Positions 30,797-41,480 of a DNA stretch of 64,000 bases are shown in pieces (the stretch's first letter is position 1; every line of letters starts with the position of its first letter). The stretch comes from an uncultured delta proteobacterium. Its GTDB lineage: Bacteria; Desulfobacterota; RBG-13-43-22. The DNA lies in contig CAWJJC010000020.1 of the NCBI GenBank assembly GCA_963843145.1, positions 192,001 through 256,000 of the forward strand. The letters are read 5' to 3'. The notes beneath the pieces were generated by a model. The model was not told the origin of the DNA. It saw nothing but the letters and a program-made list of their open reading frames with translations, and searched no databases. Made by a program: the position numbers and the translations under genes.

Positions 30797-32155
30797 TTAG
30801 GGAAGGGGAAGGTCTGGTCTTTTGGTGAGGTAGCGGTATAACACCTCGGCCATGATTTGGTGGGTCTTGGGGTTGGGGTGAGCGTCAAAAGAACTGGTAT
30901 GGGTATTAATGTCTTTCAAATAAGGGAGCAGATCTATGACCTCCAAACCATAATCAACGGATAACTGAACACAGTCGAACCCGAAGTCTCCCTGCCCTAA
31001 GTAATCCGCTTGAAATCGAATATTATCCTGAACTACCTGCTCCGAGGAAAAGGGCAGCTTAACTTCCTCCCAAACTCCCTCTTTAACGAAATCTTTCTGG
31101 CCCAAGATTTTTTGACCCAACAAACGATCCCCGGAAACAACTTTTAATTTGATGCCTCCCTTTTTATCGAGCCGACTTCCTTTGAGACGAAATAGGACCC
31201 GATGGTTGCCCCTTTCCAAGTAGATCGGGGGTGTTGAAAAAACAATCCCCACCGGGGTCTTCCCTTGGGTAACATAGAGTGACCTACCCAGGTAAGAACC
31301 AGCGTCGCCGACCTCCTCCCCTACCCCTTTATCGGACCAGACGGCTGGAATAGTTAACCTATTCGCTTCGGACAATTTGGCCACCCGATCATTGATCGGC
31401 TTAAAAGGATATTCGCCTTTGTAGGGCAGGGAGGGATAGAGCATTAAAATCCTTCGGGGGGCATAAGCCTTGGCCAAGGTGGCCCAATTATGAAATTCCA
31501 GACGAAAGAGATGCCAATCGGGGGTTTTCTCCGCATAGTTTTTTATAATGTATTGCGCGTAGGTCCGGTTGGAAGGGGGAACTAAATTTTCTAATTTTTT
31601 ATCCAGGAAATTATAAAGATAAGAATATTTCATTAAAGTTCCGTGAAAAAAGAAGGTTCTCCAGAATAAGAATCTGTTGACCGGTCGGCCTTCTTTATGT
31701 ATTTCAAGGTCATTAATATACCATTCATAAATAATTACATCAGGGTGCAGGCGATCTCCATTCAGAGACAGTTGGTAGCGATGGGAATCTATTTCCCAAC
31801 CCGCCTCCGCCAACACTTCCATATCATAGGCACTCCCATTTTGGTTAAGCAGGCCAAGGAGCCTATAGGGGTAGAGATCCTTCCAATCCCTCACCCCTGC
31901 CCCGAAGGTTATAGAATCCCCTTGTATCAATATTCTGCTAACACCAGGTACTTTGGGAGTTTTGACTATTGGCCCCCTTTTCCCTTCTTTGGAAAAGAGA
32001 TACTCAAATCTTTTGTTTCCGGGACCACCGGATGTTTGGCTCCCCCCATCCCAATAGACCAGCCGGATGAAAAGCTCTCCCACGGCTAAGGCTAGGACCA
32101 CGGGAATGAGGAAAAAAATCGCCTGTTGAAAAAAGGTATGTTTCCCTGTAGTCAA
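30797..32155 (-). CDS. Membrane-anchored SGNH/GDSL hydrolase-like protein with inserted beta domain
   Basis: N-terminal TM, GDSITFG, YIND, C-terminal DAHPN. Confidence 0.75.
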   Translation of the reverse strand: MTTGKHTFFQQAIFFLIPVVLALAVGELFIRLVYWDGGSQTSGGPGNKRFEYLFSKEGKRGPIVKTPKVPGVSRILIQGDSITFGAGVRDWKDLYPYRLLGLLNQNGSAYDMEVLAEAGWEIDSHRYQLSLNGDRLHPDVIIYEWYINDLEIHKEGRPVNRFLFWRTFFFHGTLMKYSYLYNFLDKKLENLVPPSNRTYAQYIIKNYAEKTPDWHLFRLEFHNWATLAKAYAPRRILMLYPSLPYKGEYPFKPINDRVAKLSEANRLTIPAVWSDKGVGEEVGDAGSYLGRSLYVTQGKTPVGIVFSTPPIYLERGNHRVLFRLKGSRLDKKGGIKLKVVSGDRLLGQKILGQKDFVKEGVWEEVKLPFSSEQVVQDNIRFQADYLGQGDFGFDCVQLSVDYGLEVIDLLPYLKDINTHTSSFDAHPNPKTHQIMAEVLYRYLTKRPDLPLP

Positions 32156-32369
32156 AATTCACCTGACTTGAAGAGATCTAAAACCCTGGTCCTTACAAAA
32201 GGGGATCGTAGATTCTATTTCCAAAATTTAGTCAAAATGATTATTAACCAGTTAATTTTAATAACAAAAGCCGAGCTAATGTCAACAAAATTTATTATCC
32301 AAGATTTCCTATTGATAGCCGATTTTTCCTATGTTAACATTCAAAAAATACGCCGAATGAAATACTTTC

Positions 32370-33182
32370 ATGAAAAAATATCAGATAGGTTTTGTTTTTT
32401 TTCTATTCCTGTTTCTTATATTCGAAAACAGCACTACGGCCCAAGAGCATAGGCTCTATTTACCTTTAATTTTCCAGGATTATTGTGGTGAGGATTTGGT
32501 CTTTTCGGCCTTTGGGGATAGCATTACCTCCTGCTACTTCGATTCAAAGATGGAGAATTTTCCCTCCTGCGGATATCCACAGCGGCTCTATAACAGGCTT
32601 ACCTCTCAATTTAAAAAGAATTATGCGTTCTTTAATAATGGTATTGGTGGGGAAATAACTTCGAAGGGCTTGGTTCGTTTTGAAGAGACGATTAACTATC
32701 CTAAGCAATATTGCGTTAATCCCGACCATCCCGACCGTTCCGGTGATTGCCTCTATTCCCCTAATTTATCAAATCCCATTCTCGATCTGATAATAATAAT
32801 GGAGGGCACGGACGATCTAGATCAAGGAACCTCCTATGATTTGATTGAAGAAAACATCCGCGCCATGGTCCAAATTGCGCGCCAGCACGGGCTAAAAGTA
32901 ATCATCACCACCATTTCACCCGTTACAGGAGCAAATCGAGAGCTGGATGCCCAACGAATAGCCGAATTTAATCCCCGGATTTGGCAAATCGGCTACGATT
33001 ATCAAATACCGGTGGCGGATATTTATACCGCCTTTTTGAATTTTCCGAATTGGGAAAATATTTTGATCACCGAAGACGGCCTCCATCCCAATGATCAAGG
33101 GTTTGAGGTAATGGCCGAGGCTTTTTTTCAGACCATCCTTTCCCATATGTCTCGAACGGGTTGTTATCTTTCTTATTATTAA
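32370..33182 (+). CDS. Secreted SGNH/GDSL hydrolase
   Basis: Signal peptide, FGDSIT, NGIGGE, EGTDD, DGLHPND. Confidence 0.85.
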   Translation: MKKYQIGFVFFLFLFLIFENSTTAQEHRLYLPLIFQDYCGEDLVFSAFGDSITSCYFDSKMENFPSCGYPQRLYNRLTSQFKKNYAFFNNGIGGEITSKGLVRFEETINYPKQYCVNPDHPDRSGDCLYSPNLSNPILDLIIIMEGTDDLDQGTSYDLIEENIRAMVQIARQHGLKVIITTISPVTGANRELDAQRIAEFNPRIWQIGYDYQIPVADIYTAFLNFPNWENILITEDGLHPNDQGFEVMAEAFFQTILSHMSRTGCYLSYY

Positions 33183-33298
33183 AATCGAAGACATTAGACT
33201 TGGGTAACGAAGCCCTGGGGGGAAAAGACCGGCGAAAGGAAACGATTCCAGCCGTTCTCAAATATTCGCGAGACCTATAATTTGGAGGATTACAGGTA

Positions 33299-35116
33299 GT
33301 GCATATTTTAGGCATTTCCGCTTTCTATCACGACAGTGCAGCAAGCCTGGTGCGTGATGGGGAGATCATGGCAGCGGCACAAGAAGAACGTTTCACTAGG
33401 AAGAAACACGATTTTAACTTCCCTTCGAATGCCATTCAATACTGTCTTAACTCCGCTAATATTCGAGGAAGCGATCTGGATTATGTAGCTTTCTACGATA
33501 AGCCCTTTCTAAAATTCGAGAGGCTGTTGGAGACGTACCTATCTTTCGCACCAGTTGGAATCAGGTCCTTCTGGAAAGCTATTCCATTATGGATCAGACA
33601 AAAGCTATGGATAGCCGACATCATTAAGAAGGAACTTAATTATGAAGGGAAGATAATATTTCCGGAGCATCATGAATCTCATGCCGCCAGCGCCTTTTTC
33701 CCTTCCCCATTTCAGCGAGCCGCATTTCTAACCATGGACGGAGTGGGGGAGTGGACAACGACGAGCTTTGGCGTAGGCCATGATAACCTGGTTATTATTG
33801 ATTCGGAGATTCACTTCCCCCATTCACTTGGTTTGCTGTATTCTGCTTTTACCTACTACACAGGCTTCAAGGTGAATTCAGGAGAATATAAGATCATGGG
33901 ACTGGCACCCTATGGTGAGCCTAAATATGTAAATACAATCATCAAGGAGTTAATGGATTTAAAAGAAGACGGATCGTTTCGGCTGAACATGGATTATTTC
34001 AATTTTGCCGTTGGACTGACTATGACCAACAGTAAGTTTGACCGACTGTTCGGCGGTCCTCCTCGAAAACCAGAATCCAAGCTTAGGCAGAAGGAGATGG
34101 ATCTCGCTCGGTCTATCCAAGTGGTAACAGAAGAAGTGATGCTCAGGACTACCCAGCACATTTATCGGGTCACTGGTGAACGAAATCTGTGCCTTGCAGG
34201 CGGGGTGGCTCTCAACTGCGTTGGCAATGGGCGAATTTTGCGGGAAGGCCATTTTGAGAACATTTGGATTCAACCGGCTGCTGGAGACGCCGGCGGTGCG
34301 TTGGGCGCCGCCCTTTTCACTTGGTACCAGGTTCTAGGGAACAAGAGGTTTGTGAACGGAAATCAGGACTTGCAAAAGGGATCGTTTCTTGGTCCTTCCT
34401 TTACTTCGGATCAAATTAAGGATTTTCTGGATACCGGCGGAATCTCCTTCGATGAAATAGCTCCGGATCAGATTCCCCCCAAGGTCGCGGGACTAATTTC
34501 GGAAGGAAAAGTGGTCGGATGGTTTCAGGGCCGAATGGAATTCGGTCCCCGCGCTCTAGGTGCGCGAAGCATTGTTGGCGATGCGAGATCACCCAAGATG
34601 CAATCCGTGATGAATCTAAAGATCAAGTTTCGAGAAAGTTTTAGACCCTTCGCTCCTTCTGTCCTCTGGGAGCATGTCTCAGAGTATTTTGAGATTGATC
34701 GGCCAAGCCCTTATATGCTTCTCGTGGCCTATGTAAATCCAAATAAAAGACGAAAAATAACAGAGGCCGAACAAAGCCGATGGGGCATTGAACAGCTTAA
34801 CATTGTTCGTTCCGACATTCCCGCCATTACCCATGTCGACTACTCTGCCCGTATTCAAACTGTACACGAGGAGACAAACCCAACCTATCACAAAATGATA
34901 AAATCTTTCTATGAAATGACTGGCTGCCCGATCATTGTCAACACTTCATTCAATGTGCGTGGCGAACCGATCGTTTGTTCGCCAAAGGATGCTTACGCGT
35001 GTTTTATGAGAACGGAGATGGATTACCTGGTCATGGAGAACATCATTCTCGACAAGAAGGAGCAGAAAGCGTTCCTAGTGGATATTGATTGGAGAAAGAA
35101 ATTTGAGTTAGACTGA
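33299..35116 (+). CDS. NodU/CmcH family O-carbamoyltransferase (SxtI-like)
   Basis: ILGISAFYHDSAA, QEERFTRKKH, EHHESHAASAF, GRMEFGPRALG, NTSFNVRGEPIV. Confidence 0.95.
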   Translation: MHILGISAFYHDSAASLVRDGEIMAAAQEERFTRKKHDFNFPSNAIQYCLNSANIRGSDLDYVAFYDKPFLKFERLLETYLSFAPVGIRSFWKAIPLWIRQKLWIADIIKKELNYEGKIIFPEHHESHAASAFFPSPFQRAAFLTMDGVGEWTTTSFGVGHDNLVIIDSEIHFPHSLGLLYSAFTYYTGFKVNSGEYKIMGLAPYGEPKYVNTIIKELMDLKEDGSFRLNMDYFNFAVGLTMTNSKFDRLFGGPPRKPESKLRQKEMDLARSIQVVTEEVMLRTTQHIYRVTGERNLCLAGGVALNCVGNGRILREGHFENIWIQPAAGDAGGALGAALFTWYQVLGNKRFVNGNQDLQKGSFLGPSFTSDQIKDFLDTGGISFDEIAPDQIPPKVAGLISEGKVVGWFQGRMEFGPRALGARSIVGDARSPKMQSVMNLKIKFRESFRPFAPSVLWEHVSEYFEIDRPSPYMLLVAYVNPNKRRKITEAEQSRWGIEQLNIVRSDIPAITHVDYSARIQTVHEETNPTYHKMIKSFYEMTGCPIIVNTSFNVRGEPIVCSPKDAYACFMRTEMDYLVMENIILDKKEQKAFLVDIDWRKKFELD

Positions 35117-35125
35117 GAGGGCATT

Positions 35126-35527
35126 ATGAGCAAAAAGAAAGCCGACATTAAAGAACTTCAAAAATTTGCAATAATCTTATTCCTAGCTTTGGGGGTTTGG
35201 GGAGGCATTCTTCTCTGGCGAAAACGCGACATCGGATTTGTACTTTGGGGAGTCGGCTCGGCAACTTTGCTGATCGCCTGGATCCAACCGAGGTTTTTGA
35301 GCCCAGTGTACAATTTCTGGATGAAACTGACTTTAATCCTAGGATTCATTAGCAGTCATCTGATTTTGGCACTATTGTATTACTTGGTCTTGACCCCTAT
35401 GGGACTTCTCATGCGAATATTTGGCAAGACTCCACTTAGTTTACAGCTTGATGATAAGGCGATAACTTATTGGAAAAAAAGGAAAAATAGCAAACATGAT
35501 AACTACTGTCCTGAAAGGATGTTTTAA
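35126..35527 (+). CDS. SxtJ family membrane protein
   Basis: ELQKFA, WMKL..ILG, YYLVLTPMG, TYWKKR; position after the carbamoyltransferase. Confidence 0.8.
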   Translation: MSKKKADIKELQKFAIILFLALGVWGGILLWRKRDIGFVLWGVGSATLLIAWIQPRFLSPVYNFWMKLTLILGFISSHLILALLYYLVLTPMGLLMRIFGKTPLSLQLDDKAITYWKKRKNSKHDNYCPERMF

Positions 35528-35544
35528 CCAGAAGGGAAATTGTG

Positions 35545-35703
35545 ATGAGTAAAATAGCTATTGCATCTGAATTTTGGATGTTTCTAAAAACGAGAAAAAA
35601 GTATTGGTTGCTTCCGATAGTATTTATGCTGCTGGTTCTTGGAGCCCTGATGATTCTCACAGAAGGTAGTGCGCTGGCGCCATTCATCTACGCGCTTTTT
35701 TAG
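35545..35703 (+). CDS. DUF5989/SxtK-like small membrane protein (52 aa)
   Basis: Manual translation MSKIAIASEFWMFLKTRKKYWLLPIVFMLLVLGALMILTEGSALAPFIYALF; below the ORF-track cutoff. Confidence 0.85.
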   Translation: MSKIAIASEFWMFLKTRKKYWLLPIVFMLLVLGALMILTEGSALAPFIYALF

Positions 35704-36153
35704 CTCAGATCCCCAACACAAAGAAATGAGTTCGTGAAGATTCCTAGTTGAAAGATAGAAATATCATCTTCCAATCAAAGGCCGGGACGGTCCGATCAAC
35801 CGCAACCGCAGGCACAGCTTTCGCCGCAGAGGCTTACCAGGGGTTTTTCCGTTTTCTCCTCTTTCTTCGATCTCCTGGTCGGAAAACTTCATCGCCTGGT
35901 CTCGGACCAGCCGGGCGATGGACCGGCAGAGCTTCAGATCCTTCTCCGTCGCTTTGTTTCTTTCATCGTCCTTCCCCCCTCAAGTGTTTTTGTTTGGTAA
36001 GACGGAGAGGCCGTTGGAAAAGTTACACTATCTAAATAGTGCTAAAAAATAGTAGAATAGACCTTAAAGCAACCTCCGGCCGAACCGGACCGGCAAGTCC
36101 CCCGCAGGAACCCAATAAGGCAAAACAAACAACTTTAAGTCCAGGAGGTTTTT

Positions 36154-36489
36154 ATGGCTGAAAAACAAATCCCCATCAAACATTACCAGGAGCTGGAAAG
36201 AAACTTTCCCGGAGTCATCGCCGCGGTGGAAAACTTGGGTTCGGCCATTCGCCAGGCCGGCCCGATCCTGGAAAAGACGGCTGAACTCATCCAATTGGCC
36301 GGGGCCGCGGCCGCCCAGTTAGAGGGCTCGGTTCATTCCCACACCCGGAGGGCGGTCAAGGCTGGGGCCACCCGGGAGGAGATCTATCAAACCCTGCTGT
36401 TGCTCATCTCGACGATCGGATTTCCCAAAGTCTCCGCGGCCATTATGTGGGCCCAGGATATTTTAAACCGCGGGAAAAAGGAGAATTAG
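36154..36489 (+). CDS. Carboxymuconolactone decarboxylase (CMD) family protein
   Basis: KTAELIQLA, SHTRRAVKAGATREEI, TIGFP; AGGAGG RBS. Confidence 0.85.
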   Translation: MAEKQIPIKHYQELERNFPGVIAAVENLGSAIRQAGPILEKTAELIQLAGAAAAQLEGSVHSHTRRAVKAGATREEIYQTLLLLISTIGFPKVSAAIMWAQDILNRGKKEN

Positions 36490-36514
36490 GATTTGACGGT
36501 TTCTTAATCGAAAT

Positions 36515-37157
36515 ATGAAACACCTCACTCCGAATCCCGCGGGGAAATGGGATGTGATCGTAGCTGGAGCCGGCCCGAGTGGCGCCGCGGCCTCCAAGCG
36601 CTGCGCCGAGGCCGGTTTACGGACGCCGGTCCTGGAAAAGCGCGCCCTGCCCCGGGATAAGGTCTGCTCCGGAATGATTATGGGCCCTTGGGCTCAGGAA
36701 ATCATCCGAAACCATTTCGGCCCTATTCCCCGGGAGGTACTGGTTCCACCCCGGGTGCTCAAGGGCCACCGGTTTCATGTTCCCGGCGCCTGCCCCGAGG
36801 ATCTGGCCTGGGAGACGCCCCTGGCCTGGCGAAAAGATCTGGATTCCTGGCTGATCCAAAAAGCGGAAGCGGTCGGTGTGGAAGTCCGGGATCGGGTGAA
36901 GTTGATCCGGATAGAATCCGCTTGAAGGGATCGGCTCGGCTCTCAAAAGCGGAATTCTGGCGGCGGAGGCTGTCCGGCAGTCCGCGGCAGCGGACCGCGC
37001 GGCCGCCGGCCATTACCCAAGCCTGCTTTAACCGGTCCTACAGGTCATTGAAACGCTCCTGACCAGCCAGGAAAACCTGATCGAGTCCAACCCGCCGACC
37101 CGCCCGGAACCACAGTTCTTGGCCCAGATGCTCAAGGAGGCTTACAAAAAACCCTAG
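36515..37157 (+). pseudogene. Geranylgeranyl-reductase-family flavoprotein with internal deletion
   Basis: N-terminal GAGPSG and PRDKVCSG abut out-of-frame C-terminal EGIGSALKSGILAAEA at 36924; additional stop at 37029. Confidence 0.75.
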
Positions 37158-37213
37158 AAATAGCCTAACCGGATGCGGATCAAGATTTAACCGGAGAGGA
37201 GGCATTCTTTGCC

Positions 37214-38360
37214 ATGATTTTTTCAGGACTGATTAATAATATCACCCTCATCATTTCCCTGAGCATTTTATATAGTTTTATCATTCGTAGATGGAAATAT
37301 GGGTCGCGCATCGGCCAAGCGATCTCCGGTTTTCTATTTGGCGCGGTTGCCGTGGTCGGCATGATGAATCCACTCACTATTTCACCGGGCCTTATTTTTG
37401 ACGGCCGCTCCATTATCATCAGTATGGCGGGTTTCATCGGTGGCTGGGTCACCGCCCTGATTGCCTCCCTGATGGGCATAATCTATCGAGCTTGGCTTGG
37501 CGGACCGGGGGAAATTATGGGAGTTTCTGTAATTGCTTCGTCTGGAGCCCGATCTGTTGAACATCTCCGGATCTTCCCTCCATCTGGAGAAAACGTTGTT
37601 CAATCTGGCTTCCAATGCCTTTGAGGCCATGCCGAAGGGCGGCGACCTGACCATCAAAACCACCAATCGGTATCTGGATAAACCTATTCAGGGATATGAC
37701 CATATCCGCGAAGGCGATTATGTGGTGCTTTCCGTATCCGATACGGGGGAAGGAATCTCGGCTGCCGACCTGAAACGCATCTTTGAACCTTTCTATACGA
37801 AAAAGATTATGGGCCGGAGCGGGACAGGATTAGGTTTGGCGGTGGTCTGGGGAACCGTGAAGGATCATAACGGATATATTGATGTTCAGAGCGAAGAAGG
37901 AAAGGGAACCGGCTTCACCCTTTATCTTCCGGTGGCGAGGGAGGAAATCACGACGGAAGCCTCTTCGGTATTAATGGCTGAATACCTGGGCCGGGGAGAA
38001 GTCATTCTGGTAGTGGATGATGTCAAGGGTCAGCGAGATCTGGCGGCGGCCATGCTGAGGAAGCTGAATTACCGCGTGGCGAGTGCTTCCAGCGGTGAGG
38101 CGGCCATCGAATATTTAAGAGAGCAGGAAGTGGATTTACTGGTGCTGGATATGATTATGGAGCCCGGCCTGGACGGACTGGACACGTATAAGCGTATATT
38201 GGAAATCCATCCCCAACAGAAGGCGATCATCGCCAGCGGCTTTTCGGAGTCGGATCGGGTGACGGCCGCCCAGGCCTGGGGCGCGGGCGAATATGTGAAA
38301 AAGCCCTATGTCCTAGAGAAACTGGGACTGGCCGTGAGGAAAGAGTTGGATAAAACGTAG
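37214..38360 (+). pseudogene. Hybrid sensor kinase remnant: 5TM-LytS N-terminus joined out of frame to HATPase-receiver C-terminus
   Basis: PGLIFDGRS (LytS-type) ends ~37545; next frame has NLASNAFEAM, DTGEG, GTGLGL, VVDD, DMIM; PAS/HisKA portion is missing. Confidence 0.75.
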
Positions 38361-38475
38361 TGTGTTGAATTATTGCAACACGCCGGACCAAAGAAAGACT
38401 GGAAAAGAGCAGGACGAGAACTGTTGACGGTTTATTAGGTTAACGCGCAATCGGACGACAACAAGGATAATCTTT

Positions 38476-40725
38476 ATGGATGCTGCATCCTTTCTCGGTC
38501 TGGTTCAAAATGCCGCATTGTTGCTGGCAGTGGCTTTCATCTTTGACTTAGCCGCGAGTCGATCGCCTACAGGGCAATCATTTTTCCAGCAGGTGCCTCT
38601 TGGTCTCGCTATCGGCGCAATTGGTATCACCGTTATGATGACGCCTTGGGTACTAATGCCTGGAATCGTATTTGATACGCGTTCTGTGCTGATCGGTATA
38701 TCCGGACTCTTCTTTGGTTCGCTTTCCGTCGCCATTGCGCTATCGATGACAGCAGCATTTCGTTTTTATCAGGGAGGAACGGGTAGCTGGACCGGCGTTG
38801 CTGTGATCCTCACCTCAGGATTGATCGGAATCGCCTGGCGGCACTTTCGTCGTCGGCCCCTGGCGGAGATTTCCTGGCAGGAACTCTACCTTTTCGGCCT
38901 GGTGATTCATCTGGCCATGCTGGGTCTGATGCTCACCCTGCCGTGGGTGAAAGCCCTGCAAGTACTTTCAAGCATCGCTCTGCCAGTCATATTGATCTAT
39001 CCCCTGGGAACCGTCTTGCTGGGAGTGTTGATGGTCAACCGACTGCAGCACGAGCGTGTAGAGGAAGCGCTGAAGGAGAGCGAAGTCAAGTTCAGGACTT
39101 TGGTCGAACATTTGCCTCAGCGAATCTTTATGAAAGACAGAAATTCGGTTTATATCACCTGCAACCGGCCCTATTCCCATGACCTAAGAATCGAGGTCGA
39201 AGCGATTGCGGGGAAAACGGATTTCGAATTTTACCCTAGAGAAAGGGCAGATCAATACAGGTCGGATGACCGGCGAGTCATCACCTCCGGCACTATCGAG
39301 ACGTTCGAGGAGAAAAGCATCCGCTTCGGACAAGAGAGCTGGGTGCATACCACCAGGGTGCCCTACCGCGACGAATCTGGAAATATCTTGGGCGTGATTG
39401 GAATCATTGAAGACATCACCGAACGCAAGCAAGCGGAACAGACGCTGGTATTCAACAATATCATCCTCCGTACCCAGCAGATGGCATCCATCGATGGAAT
39501 ACTTGTGGTGGATGAGCATGGTAAAATATTATCATTCAATCAGCGCTTTGTTGACTTGTGGGGTATCCCTCCTGAAGTGATAGAATCAAAATCCGATGAG
39601 CGGGCACTACGTTCGGTGGTGGATCAACTGGTAACTCCTGAAGAATTCATCCTCAAAGTGAAACACCTCTACGAATTCAGGGATGAATTAAGCAGGGAAG
39701 AGATCTTTCTGAAAGACGGCAGGTCGTTCGACCGTTACTCGGCCCCGATGCTTGGTGCAGACGGAAAATATTATGGCCGGGTGTGGTATTTCCGGGATAT
39801 CACCGAACGCAAGCGGGCGGAGGAGGCTTTGAAGGAAAGTGAACAAAAATATCGCCTGCTGGCCGATAATGTCACTGACGTCATTTTCGTTTTGGATATG
39901 AGTCTGAATTACACCTATATCAGCCCTTCCGTAAAAACCCTTAGGGGATATGAACCGGTAGAGGCGTTGAAACAACAACCTTTCGAGATATTGACTCCCT
40001 CCTCCAGGGATCTGGCCATGAGGACCTTATCTGAGGTCATGGAGTTGGAAAAATCCGGACCTAGAGACATGCCCATATCCCGGACGCTCCAGTTGGAAGT
40101 GAGGCGAAAAGACGGAACCACCGTGTGGACGGAGATGAAGCTTTCCTTTATCAAAGATGAAAATCAGCAACTACGGGGCATTCTTGGAGTAACCCGTGAT
40201 ATCACCGAACGCAAGCGCTATCAGGAGAACTTGGAATATTTCGCTGTACACGATGTTCTCACCGGGCTTTTGAACAGACGTTCCCTTGAGGACATGCTCA
40301 ACCGCGCCATCGCCAGGGCCAAACGAGGAGTGCTGAGTTCACTCCTGTACATGGACCTCGACAATTTCAAGGAGGTGAACGACAATCTCGGCCACAATGT
40401 CGGAGACGAAGTCCTGATCGCCCTGTCCGGCCTCCTCAAAAAAACGTTACGGGCCGAAGACGTTCTCTTTCGGCTGGGAGGCGATGAATTCGCTATTCTC
40501 CTTGAAGGGCTTTACGGCAAAGAGGCTTTCCCCGCCGCGGAACGTCTGCGTCTGGCCGTAGAGGCGCATCCTTTTGATTTGGAAGGAAGCAGCTTCCCTC
40601 TGACTCTCAGCATCGGACTCATCCAGATCGACGGAATTCTGATTACCAGCGAGCTACTATCTCAGGCCGACGCGGCCATGTATAGGGCCAAGGAGCAAGG
40701 GAAGAACCGGATTGTGCTGGCCTAA
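38476..40725 (+). CDS. Diguanylate cyclase (5TM-LytS, three PAS, GGDEF)
   Basis: PGIVFDTRS, three DITERK PAS ends, HDVLTGLLNRR, RLGGDEF. Confidence 0.92.
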   Translation: MDAASFLGLVQNAALLLAVAFIFDLAASRSPTGQSFFQQVPLGLAIGAIGITVMMTPWVLMPGIVFDTRSVLIGISGLFFGSLSVAIALSMTAAFRFYQGGTGSWTGVAVILTSGLIGIAWRHFRRRPLAEISWQELYLFGLVIHLAMLGLMLTLPWVKALQVLSSIALPVILIYPLGTVLLGVLMVNRLQHERVEEALKESEVKFRTLVEHLPQRIFMKDRNSVYITCNRPYSHDLRIEVEAIAGKTDFEFYPRERADQYRSDDRRVITSGTIETFEEKSIRFGQESWVHTTRVPYRDESGNILGVIGIIEDITERKQAEQTLVFNNIILRTQQMASIDGILVVDEHGKILSFNQRFVDLWGIPPEVIESKSDERALRSVVDQLVTPEEFILKVKHLYEFRDELSREEIFLKDGRSFDRYSAPMLGADGKYYGRVWYFRDITERKRAEEALKESEQKYRLLADNVTDVIFVLDMSLNYTYISPSVKTLRGYEPVEALKQQPFEILTPSSRDLAMRTLSEVMELEKSGPRDMPISRTLQLEVRRKDGTTVWTEMKLSFIKDENQQLRGILGVTRDITERKRYQENLEYFAVHDVLTGLLNRRSLEDMLNRAIARAKRGVLSSLLYMDLDNFKEVNDNLGHNVGDEVLIALSGLLKKTLRAEDVLFRLGGDEFAILLEGLYGKEAFPAAERLRLAVEAHPFDLEGSSFPLTLSIGLIQIDGILITSELLSQADAAMYRAKEQGKNRIVLA

Positions 40726-41110
40726 AGTGCAGTTAAAGAGGAAGAACGGTGAATTGATTTCACAGGTCAGAGTAAGGGGACTCCCGCCAAGATATCTTCC
40801 ATAATACCCAGCAGCAGGTCTGGCCGACCGTTTGCCCGAATAGTTGTATGGACAAGTCCTGGACCAGGGTACTACCCCATTTTTTTTGTCTTTAAAATCA
40901 TACAAAATAGGTCATCAATAGGGAAAATGCAGAATAGATATTTGAATTATTCCTTATTTCTCCATAAGTTACTCTATCTGGCCTCTTGCTTGCATTTATA
41001 TAGGTTCAACCTCAAACAATCTTTCCTTTCCCACTTTCAGAACCCCCAACCACACCTTGCCGAAAAAATTTGACCTAGGTGCTTCAGGGGGAGAAAGGAT
41101 TAAAAGAATT

Positions 41111-41446
41111 ATGCCAAAAAAAATAGCTCTTTTCCTGCTGCCGTTGCTGTTGATATTCTTTTTTGCCGGACCCTCCACGGTCTTCGGGGCCATCGACCCG
41201 ATGAACGCGGCGAATTTCCCTGTTTCCCCTGGTCGCGGGGAGGAAATTTCCCTGATCCTCAAGGTCCTGGAGAACAAAATGGGGAATCAGAAAATCCCGC
41301 AAAAAGCCCTGAATAAATTGCTCAGCCTAAATGATGAGCAGATCGGTCTGATCGCTTCCCTTTCCCAACGGATAGCGGACAACACCCAAACCGTTGGGGC
41401 CGATGTGGCCTTTCTAATGATCACCGCCATTTTGGTATGGTCCTGA
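41111..41446 (+). CDS. Hypothetical exported protein with C-terminal hydrophobic tail
   Basis: Signal-like N-terminus, helical core, C-terminal GADVAFLMITAILVWS. Confidence 0.6.
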   Translation: MPKKIALFLLPLLLIFFFAGPSTVFGAIDPMNAANFPVSPGRGEEISLILKVLENKMGNQKIPQKALNKLLSLNDEQIGLIASLSQRIADNTQTVGADVAFLMITAILVWS

Positions 41447-41480
41447 CCTATCCCATCTTTGGTCCGTTGCCTCTGGCGGG

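Noticed and set aside
33299-35703. Saxitoxin biosynthesis
   Set aside because: Only the widespread sxtIJK-like trio is present; no sxtA, sxtG or other core genes.
40740-40860. c-di-GMP riboswitch near the diguanylate cyclase (GGGCAAAC on the minus strand)
   Set aside because: No GAAA-capped P2 or GCAAAG junction follows.
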